Below are positions 1 to 7,242 of a stretch of DNA of 24,267 nt, piece after piece. This DNA comes from a virus (taxonomy: Duplodnaviria; Caudoviricetes), in IMG/VR virus record IMGVR_UViG_3300008448_006093, positions 1 through 24,267 of that record. One strand, 5' to 3'. The notes beneath the pieces were generated by a model. It saw nothing but the letters and a program-made list of their open reading frames with translations, was not told where the DNA came from and did no database searches. Made by a program: the position numbers and the translations under genes. Numbering within the stretch: position 1 is the first letter of the stretch; the number at the start of each line of letters is the position of its first letter.

Positions 1-311
1 GTTGCTGGATCAGAAAATTCAGCTCGTTCCCAAGTGCTCCATCCAATTACAATATAATCTGGTTTTTGCTCACCGGTTATGTAATCCCATGTAGTTCGAA
101 TAACTCTTTGATTACTGCTAGCCGACTCGGCATCACAGTACAATACAGCATTCATCATATTGGCCAATTCACATCCGTAACTTACTCGCTCGTTGTCGGG
201 GTGTGGTTGCCTGCCCAAGGCCCAGTACAGTGGATCGTCTTCGGCAAAGGCGTAGGAGTTTACTGCCTCTGCGCCAGCACTGTGACTGTCACCATTTACA
301 TAAAGAATCAC
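1..311 (-). CDS. SGNH/GDSL-hydrolase-like protein, runs off the left edge; absent from the ORF track
   Basis: GTG at 311 overlaps the upstream TGA (GTGA). Hand translation gives MILYVNGDSHSAGAEAVN...ESASSNQRVIRTT...IVIGWSTWER, with the N-terminal GDS block typical of SGNH hydrolases. Confidence 0.7.
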   Translation of the reverse strand, partial: MILYVNGDSHSAGAEAVNSYAFAEDDPLYWALGRQPHPDNERVSYGCELANMMNAVLYCDAESASSNQRVIRTTWDYITGEQKPDYIVIGWSTWERAEFSDPA

Positions 312-727
312 GATACTTCACTACGTCCGTCGCCTAAGTCTTTGCGGTCAACAATGCGTGGTCTAGCTTCCATTGGTTGGTTACTTTCCCATTGTTCAAA
401 GTTTTCTAAAACTACATTGCGGCACACATCCTGAAACCAACGATCAACAATGTCAACATCTGTTTTGCCTTTGTAACCGGCTTTTACTAATCGAGCTACA
501 AAAATTTCATTCCAATCTAATTCAAATGCACCATTGCCAATGTTGTCGGGGTCCACTTCAACAGATAATACATTGACCCAAGGCTCTCCGTTTTCAGTGG
601 CCAATTCCTTTGGAGATTTTTTCTTTGATGTTTTTGGTTTAGTATTTTCTACTGGTGCCGACTGCTCTGGCATTGCAGGAGCGGCCACTTCTGGTTTTTT
701 GCCAAACAGTTTATCTAATAGATTCAT
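308..727 (-). CDS. hypothetical phage protein
   Basis: ORF 308..739; the likely start is ATG 727, coupled to the queE stop (TAATG). Lys/Pro-rich N-terminus, then a globular part (FELDWNEIFV). Confidence 0.7.
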   Translation of the reverse strand: MNLLDKLFGKKPEVAAPAMPEQSAPVENTKPKTSKKKSPKELATENGEPWVNVLSVEVDPDNIGNGAFELDWNEIFVARLVKAGYKGKTDVDIVDRWFQDVCRNVVLENFEQWESNQPMEARPRIVDRKDLGDGRSEVS

Positions 728-1599
728 TAGGTACCCCACTCGTTCTTGAACAACGGCACTTGCAATCTGTCGCTGTAGCGTAAACCATGTCGCATAGCTA
801 GGTCTGCCACTGTGCGATTGTTCAGCGCATACACACTCTCTACTCCGCCCACAGGCATCAGATAAACATGTCCTCGGAATCCTGCTTTGCGGAATTCAAC
901 AGTGGCAGTAACAGCATCATCAAAATCATCTTCGGTGGCAATAACAAACTTCAAGTATGCTGTGCCAACTTGTTCGTACTCGCGAACAATCTCAGGACAG
1001 ATAGCATCTTCCCACTTCTCGCCACTGCAAGGAAGTTTAGCACTTACTGAGAATGTAATTTCTCGAATTGGTCCACCATTGTGCCATGTTCTTGTTTGCC
1101 AGGTTTTCAAATACTCTTTAAATTCCGGAGTTAACTTTTGAGTACCATTGGTTTCAAATGTGATCTCTGTCAAGCCCGCCATCTTGGGATGATCCAACAA
1201 GTCTGGATAAGCACGTTGCCAACCCAGCAATGGCTCGCCGCCTGTGATAACCAAGTGTTCATCTTTCCATTCATTGTAAGGAATAATTTCCATAATGCGA
1301 TCTACAATGGCATCTGTGGTCAGCATCGGACTAAGTTCTTTAAAGTCAGGATGCCAGCTAGCATAGCTGTCACAGCCTGTACTGACCAGTGGCAAGTCTT
1401 CGTATTTCTCAAATGCTTTAATCATTGTATGCGTGGCCGCAATGTCTGTGGCCTCGTGACTTACCTGGCCACGTGGCATGCCAAAGCCCTCGCATTTAAA
1501 GTTACATCCAAATGTGCGTAGAAACACACTAGGCACACCCATGTAGCGGCCTTCTCCTTGAATACTGTAAAACAGTTCTGCTATTTTAATTTTGCTCAT
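727..1599 (-). CDS. queE: 7-carboxy-7-deazaguanine synthase (radical SAM)
   Basis: Motifs ELFYSIQGEG, FLRTFGCNFKC...GCDS, VITGGEPLL, ETNGT, SAKL and RLQVPL; queD and folE lie nearby. Confidence 0.92.
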   Translation of the reverse strand: MSKIKIAELFYSIQGEGRYMGVPSVFLRTFGCNFKCEGFGMPRGQVSHEATDIAATHTMIKAFEKYEDLPLVSTGCDSYASWHPDFKELSPMLTTDAIVDRIMEIIPYNEWKDEHLVITGGEPLLGWQRAYPDLLDHPKMAGLTEITFETNGTQKLTPEFKEYLKTWQTRTWHNGGPIREITFSVSAKLPCSGEKWEDAICPEIVREYEQVGTAYLKFVIATEDDFDDAVTATVEFRKAGFRGHVYLMPVGGVESVYALNNRTVADLAMRHGLRYSDRLQVPLFKNEWGT

Positions 1600-1879
1600 T
1601 TAAGTCTTCTTTAAAAATATTTGACCATTGTTTTAGTTTGGCAATTTTGTTGTCTGCGGCAATACTAATCTGTTCGCTACCTACTAGATTGAACTTGATG
1701 CACAAATCAATCATTGCCTGCAAGTCCCCTAGCTCTTCTGCCAGGTGGTCTCTATTTGTTTTAGGTTTGCCCGGCTTAAAGTTATCTAATCCAAAGCGAT
1801 AACATTTAGAGATAGCCTGTGTTACTTCTGCACATTCCTCTTGTGTAATGAGCAGGATTTCATTTTCTTTTGAGTTCAT
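1586..1879 (-). CDS. MazG-like all-alpha NTP pyrophosphohydrolase
   Basis: QEECAEVTQAISK and LAEELGDL acidic metal-binding motifs; likely start MNSKENE at 1879. Confidence 0.8.
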   Translation of the reverse strand: MNSKENEILLITQEECAEVTQAISKCYRFGLDNFKPGKPKTNRDHLAEELGDLQAMIDLCIKFNLVGSEQISIAADNKIAKLKQWSNIFKEDLNEQN

Positions 1880-1880
1880 A

Positions 1881-2075
1881 TTAGTTCCAATGACGTATTG
1901 TGTTTGCAATAATAAAAAAGCAGGTCACAACATGTATTATAACCCAGAACGTTTTAAAGAACAAGGCTATTCGGGCTTCTCGGCGTGTGAGAATTGGCAC
2001 GTCGGGTCGGTCATCGTCGGTATTACCCATTAGATGACCGGTTGCTCTAGCCCAGATTTTTTCCAAGCTGTTCAT
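1881..2075 (-). CDS. small membrane protein
   Basis: ORF 1881..2129; likely start MNSLEKIW at 2075; C-terminal hydrophobic segment FWVIIHVVTCFFIIA. Confidence 0.65.
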   Translation of the reverse strand: MNSLEKIWARATGHLMGNTDDDRPDVPILTRREARIALFFKTFWVIIHVVTCFFIIANTIRHWN

Positions 2076-2259
2076 GTTTCTGTTTTTCGGGTGTGTTAAT
2101 GTGTGTAGGATTAGGCTTTGTATGAGCAATTCCGTATTGCTGATGCATCCATGCTACAAACTTCAACACTTCATCTTCTTGAAAATCGGTGTGAAGTCGT
2201 TGACTGTTGTAAACAGTGGCACTGAGTACAACTTTATCTAACCATTCTTTGTCTGTCAT
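2047..2259 (-). CDS. hypothetical protein
   Basis: 70 aa ORF with ATGA overlap to the queD stop. Confidence 0.6.
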   Translation of the reverse strand: MTDKEWLDKVVLSATVYNSQRLHTDFQEDEVLKFVAWMHQQYGIAHTKPNPTHINTPEKQKHEQLGKNLG

Positions 2260-2753
2260 GCAAACAAATCCTCATTCCATTCACGGTGACCTTCACGGAA
2301 AGCCATGTTGCTCTGCGTTTCACGTACTTCTACGCGATAGCACCACAAACGTGCGGCTTCGCCTGGTCCCCACATCTCAGGAATGTATACGCCATTCACA
2401 TACTTGTACAGCATGTCAGACAGTCCCTCACAGCCTAGTTTTGGTAACACAACTATCTTGGCCATGTTACGTTCTTGTAACAGTTTAAATGTTTCCATTT
2501 CGGGATCATCTTGGGCTACAATAAGTGTATGGTCAAATTGGTCTTCTAGTGTTCGCTTTAGTTCTTTTAGGCCACCGTAATCGGCAGCCCAGTTGCGGAC
2601 ATCTAGGTCATTGGTACCAAAGAAAAACTTCATGCTAAATGAATAGCCATGAATTAAATTACAATGACTGTCTGCCCTCCACTGTCTATAGGCGCAGGGA
2701 AATGCGTCATGGTACTCTTTGGTACTTGTATATTTGTAAACTACTGGTGTCAT
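2256..2753 (-). CDS. queD: 6-carboxy-5,6,7,8-tetrahydropterin synthase (T-fold)
   Basis: SHCNLIHGYS (CxxxHG), DYGGLK, FDHT, GCEGL and EVRET motifs; AGGAG SD upstream. Confidence 0.9.
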   Translation of the reverse strand: MTPVVYKYTSTKEYHDAFPCAYRQWRADSHCNLIHGYSFSMKFFFGTNDLDVRNWAADYGGLKELKRTLEDQFDHTLIVAQDDPEMETFKLLQERNMAKIVVLPKLGCEGLSDMLYKYVNGVYIPEMWGPGEAARLWCYRVEVRETQSNMAFREGHREWNEDLFA

Positions 2754-2760
2754 GCTGTTT

Positions 2761-2785
2761 CTCCTATGTTAAATTTTAGCATAGG
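2761..2785 (-). promoter_or_regulatory. hairpin sequestering the queD Shine-Dalgarno
   Basis: mRNA CCUAUG-CUAAAAUUUAA-CAUAGG-AG: the 6-bp stem (extendable past one mismatch) buries AGG of AGGAG. Confidence 0.65.
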
Positions 2786-2826
2786 CTGGCAGAGTTTGTA
2801 TAGCGGGATGAAAGCCAAAGGCCGCT
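2786..2826 (-). ncRNA. candidate riboswitch aptamer: H-type pseudoknot similar to preQ1-I, in the queD leader
   Basis: mRNA AGCGG-CCUUUGGCUUUCAUC-CCGCU-AUACAAACUCU-GCCAG: P1 AGCGG/CCGCU, P2 UUGGC/GCCAG, and an A-rich 3' linker. Confidence 0.5.
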
Positions 2827-2834
2827 TGGAATAA

Positions 2835-2840
2835 TATTTA
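2835..2840 (-). promoter_or_regulatory. T4-type late promoter core TAAATA upstream of the queD leader
   Basis: Intergenic AATAAATA; the same hexamer recurs at several other gene boundaries. Confidence 0.55.
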
Positions 2841-2846
2841 TTATAG

Positions 2847-3059
2847 TTAATTGTGCATAGAAAGCAAACCATTGGCTAACTTTTTCAACTCTTCATCAGT
2901 CATGAAAAATTGATAGGTTGAACTAAGATCTACTTCTTGATTTTTGTTCTTGGATTCTTGAATGAACTCAATGGCATTGAGTTCACTAGGTTTAACGCAT
3001 TTCCAACTTTTTACACGCAATCGAAATGCTTGATCATCTTTGATAATAAATTCTTTCAT
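2847..3059 (-). CDS. hypothetical protein
   Basis: 70 aa; AAGGAG SD; ATGA overlap. Confidence 0.7.
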   Translation of the reverse strand: MKEFIIKDDQAFRLRVKSWKCVKPSELNAIEFIQESKNKNQEVDLSSTYQFFMTDEELKKLANGLLSMHN

Positions 3060-3382
3060 ACATTCTCCTTTTGAAATTCTCTAAAATTGTGCGATGCAAT
3101 TTGGTCAAGAAATGTCATTAAAAACATTGTGGCCACTGGACCGTCGGTTCCATTAAAGTGTAACCTTACTTGTTCTGTACCGTTTTGATGATAATGACAC
3201 CATTTACCTTTGCCATATGACACATATAATCTTTTAACTAGTCGCCCTCGGTAATCCCAATAGTCATCATGTTTTACATTACCACCAACTTCTTGGAACC
3301 ATTGTATCATGTTATCATTGAGTTTTTCTAGCTCAATGGTTATTGGATAATTGACTGTACAGCCAGGTGGCAGTGTTATCAT
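3056..3382 (-). CDS. hypothetical protein
   Basis: 108 aa; ATGA overlap with the upstream gene. Confidence 0.7.
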   Translation of the reverse strand: MITLPPGCTVNYPITIELEKLNDNMIQWFQEVGGNVKHDDYWDYRGRLVKRLYVSYGKGKWCHYHQNGTEQVRLHFNGTDGPVATMFLMTFLDQIASHNFREFQKENV

Positions 3383-3846
3383 GTGTAAGACTTTTTAGAA
3401 GCACGATGAGACAAATATTCCTCGTGTTGGATCCATTTATTCTTTACGAGAAATCCCCATTCTCTACGTTGTGGACCAGGCATGAACATTGTCCAGCAGT
3501 CTGTTCCTTCTTTAAGCTCAACACGGTGATAGCTATTAGCACTGCAAATACGGAAGTGCCCAGGACCACGCCAATACCGTGTATGACCGACAAGGGCACC
3601 CGCCGGATTAAAGTTCGGAATGTGTTCATAATATCCACCTTTTAGAATTAGAGTAGCGTAAGGCCATGGATGATCATGCACATCATCGGGGTCTGATTTA
3701 AGGAACTTGTGAAGAAACACATTGAAGGGGAAATGCTTTCTATCCTTAAGAAAAAGGTAGTAGCGTTCGAGGTAAGGTTCATTGTTTATCCTGTCCAATA
3801 CAATACGTTTGCGACCTAATTTTTCTAAAATTTTAAGAAGCCACAT
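3379..3846 (-). CDS. cupin-fold (double-stranded beta-helix) metalloprotein
   Basis: HDHPW...ILKGGYYE and a distal YHRVEL match the two cupin metal-binding motifs. Confidence 0.7.
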   Translation of the reverse strand: MWLLKILEKLGRKRIVLDRINNEPYLERYYLFLKDRKHFPFNVFLHKFLKSDPDDVHDHPWPYATLILKGGYYEHIPNFNPAGALVGHTRYWRGPGHFRICSANSYHRVELKEGTDCWTMFMPGPQRREWGFLVKNKWIQHEEYLSHRASKKSYT

Positions 3847-3858
3847 AATTATTTGTCC

Positions 3859-4341
3859 TTAGGTTGGAAATGGCCATGCGTTGCTGGGCGTTGGACGAGA
3901 TTTTAGTTTTACATTTTCTTCAATCACTGTGCCGTCATCCTCGCACAAGCTGACTTGGTATGGTGCAATAATATGCACTGCGGCATCTTCTTCTTGCCAA
4001 TCATGTTCACCATCATAGAGCCAACCTGCTCCACCTTCGTAGTATGCTTCTTTTAGTTCTTGTTGTTCCATTTCGTCGATGTCATCACTGAATTCCCATT
4101 CAATGCTGATGCTGTCGTCAAACTCGCAACCCCAACCTGCGTCTGTTCGAGCGTAAGCAACTTTGTCACCCTCCCAAGGAAGATTACAATCTAAGTCTTC
4201 TTCAATAAAGCCCTGACCCCACCGATATGTTTCGTCGATATTAAACCAACTTGTAGTGCCATCCGGGTTCTCACGAAACATCTCCACATGGTAGACAATG
4301 CTTTTCTTTTCCAATGGTTTGATTAGATAAACTCGACTCAT
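3859..4341 (-). CDS. acidic hypothetical protein, probable paralogue of 4517..5020
   Basis: 160 aa, D/E/W-rich; GAGG SD. Confidence 0.75.
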   Translation of the reverse strand: MSRVYLIKPLEKKSIVYHVEMFRENPDGTTSWFNIDETYRWGQGFIEEDLDCNLPWEGDKVAYARTDAGWGCEFDDSISIEWEFSDDIDEMEQQELKEAYYEGGAGWLYDGEHDWQEEDAAVHIIAPYQVSLCEDDGTVIEENVKLKSRPTPSNAWPFPT

Positions 4342-4517
4342 TTAAATCCTCGATAAGCATCAAATATAAGGGCACCACCGATTGTGAATCCTATAATAGC
4401 AACTCCGTAATTGCCATTGAATAATGCACTTAGTCCAGACAGTACATTTAGTCCACCAATTGTGAGGCTAATTGATTTACTGTTACGATTACACCATTCT
4501 AAAAATTTATCTAACAT
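4338..4517 (-). CDS. 59-aa two-helix membrane protein; absent from the ORF track
   Basis: Hand translation MLDKFLEWCNRNSKSISLTIGGLNVLSGLSALFNGNYGVAIIGFTIGGALIFDAYRGFK*. It fills the gap exactly, with TAATG and ATGA overlaps at its two ends. Confidence 0.8.
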   Translation of the reverse strand: MLDKFLEWCNRNSKSISLTIGGLNVLSGLSALFNGNYGVAIIGFTIGGALIFDAYRGFK

Positions 4518-5020
4518 TATTCTTCCTCTACAAAATCAATGACATTGCCGTCATTGTCGGCAATAATAATACGAACATTGCCCGCTTCATCTTCAATTTC
4601 AAGCGGTCCCCATACCCAACATTCTGTTTCGTCAAGGAACCAATCACCGTCGCCATCTTCTTCCAGTGCGTATGCACCTTCTTCGTCGATGAGTTCACGA
4701 AGTCGTTCTGCTTCTTCTTCGTCCTCGACTTCAACTTCGACATCACCCCAGCAACCGCCATCGTACATTTCGACCATCTCAGTTGAATCGATATTGTCAC
4801 CAATTAAACCGAATAAGTCTATACTGTCTCGCTTGCCATCTCCGCCCGGTACCTCATCAAATTCAAATTGAGGAAACTCATCATCGGTGGTATAGATAAT
4901 AAATTCTGCACGACGAAATCCGTCACGCACAACAATCTTGTCACTGTTTTTGCGATTGAAAAAATACTCAATCTGTTCACAAGATTTTTTGTAGTGTGTT
5001 CTAATAGTCCAAGTTGCCAT
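4517..5020 (-). CDS. acidic hypothetical protein
   Basis: 167 aa, very D/E-rich; AAGGAG SD. Confidence 0.75.
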   Translation of the reverse strand: MATWTIRTHYKKSCEQIEYFFNRKNSDKIVVRDGFRRAEFIIYTTDDEFPQFEFDEVPGGDGKRDSIDLFGLIGDNIDSTEMVEMYDGGCWGDVEVEVEDEEEAERLRELIDEEGAYALEEDGDGDWFLDETECWVWGPLEIEDEAGNVRIIIADNDGNVIDFVEEE

Positions 5021-5031
5021 GTTATGTCTCC

Positions 5032-5778
5032 TTATCGCGGTGCAAACTCTTGTTGCAGTTTGATGTTATCAAAGAACTCTTTTTTTGTACCAGGGTCGTC
5101 TTTGAATGAACCTTTTAATACAGTAGTCTGTGTCAAACTACTATGTGCCATGATGCCACGATTTTCACAGCATCCGTGTACAGCCTGGATGTATACTCCT
5201 AGGTCAGTTGCTCCAGTTGCTTTGGCAATTTCTCTGGCAATGTCGTTAGCAAGTTCTTCCTGTAATGTGCCACGACGAGCACACCACTGAGCAATACGAG
5301 TGTACTTGCTAAGACCAATGAGCTTTTGAGCGGCAATAATCCCGATATAAGCAACGCCACTGACAGGTTGGTGATGATGACTGCACATACTGCGAAGCTC
5401 ACTACGCACCACAAGCATTCCTTCATATCGATCTTCGCTGTCGTTTGGAAATGCTGTTGCGTCTGGTGCTTGGTCATATCTGCCTGCCATTATTTCGTTA
5501 AAATACATTTTAGCAAGTCGTCTTGCTGTGCCTTTGCTATTAGGATCTGTTTCACGATCGATCAATAACACATCCAGCATTTTTTCAAATGCAGGTGTTG
5601 CTTCGTCGATTAGTTTCTCAATATCACCTTCGTGCAAGTAATCACTAATGTTGTCGCCTGCCCAGAAACGTTTGCCTTCACGTTTCATTTTAAAGCGAAT
5701 ATGATCACCTAGGTATGCTTCTTTGTATCCGCCATCTCCTGCCATGGCGTCTAATCCTGTTTCTTTTTTATCTGTCAT
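5032..5778 (-). CDS. folE: GTP cyclohydrolase I
   Basis: TARRLAKMY, SMCSHH, IGLSK, LQEEL and HGCCENRG motifs. Confidence 0.95.
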   Translation of the reverse strand: MTDKKETGLDAMAGDGGYKEAYLGDHIRFKMKREGKRFWAGDNISDYLHEGDIEKLIDEATPAFEKMLDVLLIDRETDPNSKGTARRLAKMYFNEIMAGRYDQAPDATAFPNDSEDRYEGMLVVRSELRSMCSHHHQPVSGVAYIGIIAAQKLIGLSKYTRIAQWCARRGTLQEELANDIAREIAKATGATDLGVYIQAVHGCCENRGIMAHSSLTQTTVLKGSFKDDPGTKKEFFDNIKLQQEFAPR

Positions 5779-5815
5779 TGTTTCTCCGAGTTAGTGACGT
5801 GGATGTCTTTGTATA

Positions 5816-5844
5816 ATTGTAATGTATTTAGATTGTTGTGTCAA
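5816..5844 (-). promoter_or_regulatory. sigma70-type promoter for folE with a nested late-type TAAATA
   Basis: TTGACA (5844-5839), 17 bp spacer, TACAAT (5821-5816); the spacer contains CTAAATACA. Confidence 0.75.
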
Positions 5845-6431
5845 GGCACAATAGTTATTTTTCTTAAATCTGGGTAATGAACTTTAGCCGGAATTGGTTT
5901 TGATTCTTTAACACCTTCGAGCAAGGCCAATCCTTGCTGTGCTTCTTCGATAGTTGGTTTATAATGAAACCCAACTTTAAAAACGGTTTGATCCTGCCAC
6001 GGACTTACTGTTAAATCTCTACCATCATAGCGTTGGTGCAATATGGTGTCGTAGGCAACCACATCATCAAGAAGAATAGCACCTCCGCGACCAATTGCCA
6101 ACGGCTTTCCGTGACCAAAACTTAAACATTGCATCTGACCTTCTCTGTACATGTTTTTTTCTAATCGACGGGCACTGTCCCAAACATCAGTTCCATAAAA
6201 TCGATACTCTCCGGTCCAAGTTTCTGGAACCAATTCGTAGTCGATGTTTAATTTATGCATGGTCATTGGAACGCTCAAATAGGTATACGCAGTAAATTTA
6301 GTATGTTTAACTTTACAATATCGTAAACACATTTCAATGGCGTGTGTACAACAATCTGTCATAATTGCATACGGTGCCCCAGTAAATTTGGCTAACTCTT
6401 TTTCAAAGGCTAAAATTTTATCAAAGGTCAT
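5841..6431 (-). CDS. DegT/DnrJ/EryC1/StrS-family PLP-dependent sugar aminotransferase, short form
   Basis: FEKELAKFTGAPYAI, CTHAI, DSA and SFGHGKPLAIGRGGAIL (PLP lysine motif); only 196 aa. Confidence 0.8.
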   Translation of the reverse strand: MTFDKILAFEKELAKFTGAPYAIMTDCCTHAIEMCLRYCKVKHTKFTAYTYLSVPMTMHKLNIDYELVPETWTGEYRFYGTDVWDSARRLEKNMYREGQMQCLSFGHGKPLAIGRGGAILLDDVVAYDTILHQRYDGRDLTVSPWQDQTVFKVGFHYKPTIEEAQQGLALLEGVKESKPIPAKVHYPDLRKITIVP

Positions 6432-7242
6432 AATTTAGTTTCATCCAATCTTCAACACTAGTCCATTCTTTTGGACCAACTGCGAGATTATATTGAGTAA
6501 GGTCTGCTTGTGTATGTTCTTGGTACGTAGAGGTCAAGATCGGGGGCATAGGAATGTATTCAATTTCGGCTGATTCTTGTTCGGCTACCAGTCTGGCGAT
6601 ACGTTCGAAACTTCTGGTACTACCTGTTCCGACATTAAAAATTCCGCTGACATTGGTGTTTAAAAATCTCAAATGCGAATCAACTACGTCTTCGACACAG
6701 ACAAAATCTCTACAGTAGTTTTCGCTGTTATAGAATAATTTAATCTTGCCAGTTTTTCTTGCCTGATTTCGAAACTGTGTTACAGGACTGGCCTGAGATC
6801 CTTTGTGCATCTCGCCACGTCCGTACACGTTAAAATATCTAAAACCTTGTACAACGTTACCTCCGCGGTGTTGTTCCACATGTCTGTCAAACAGATATTT
6901 GGACCAAGCATAAGGACTGCGAGGATCTGGATTGCAAGATTCTTTAAAATTTTGATTCAGTCCGTACACACTAGCCGAACTGGAATATTGAAAGTTAACG
7001 CCAAAAGTTTTACATTCATTAAAAAGTTCAATGCTGTATTCAAGATTTTGCTGTAGTACAAGATCAATGTTTCTTTCAGTGGTTGAACTGTTGGCTCCAA
7101 TATGTATTACCCAATCATATTCCATAACACCACGATGCCGATTGTGCCAATCAAAACTGTCGACGCTGTGTCCTGTATTTTTTAGTGCCTGTATCACATG
7201 CGGAGCAATAAATCCTTGATCCCCAGTTACTAAGATTTTCAT
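6421..7242 (-). CDS. hldD: ADP-L-glycero-D-manno-heptose 6-epimerase-like extended SDR
   Basis: VTGDQGFI, HIGANSSTTE, YSSSASVYG, YAWSK, RYFNVYG-GEMHKGSQAS, RDFV and YQEHTQAD, all HldD/RfaD-typical. Confidence 0.85.
   Translation of the reverse strand: MKILVTGDQGFIAPHVIQALKNTGHSVDSFDWHNRHRGVMEYDWVIHIGANSSTTERNIDLVLQQNLEYSIELFNECKTFGVNFQYSSSASVYGLNQNFKESCNPDPRSPYAWSKYLFDRHVEQHRGGNVVQGFRYFNVYGRGEMHKGSQASPVTQFRNQARKTGKIKLFYNSENYCRDFVCVEDVVDSHLRFLNTNVSGIFNVGTGSTRSFERIARLVAEQESAEIEYIPMPPILTSTYQEHTQADLTQYNLAVGPKEWTSVEDWMKLNYDL

Noticed and set aside
727-1599. NrdG (anaerobic RNR activase) call for the radical SAM gene
   Set aside because: The SIQGEG, ETNG and SAKL motifs and the queD/folE context indicate QueE; no nrdD is in the window.
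2763-2785. Hairpin as an intrinsic terminator
   Set aside because: There is no U-tract after the stem; it overlaps the SD, so translational control fits better.
2256-5778. folE/queD as folate or biopterin auxiliary metabolic genes
   Set aside because: Co-occurrence with queE, dpdL and a TGT/DpdA points to deazaguanine synthesis; no folB/K/P is seen.
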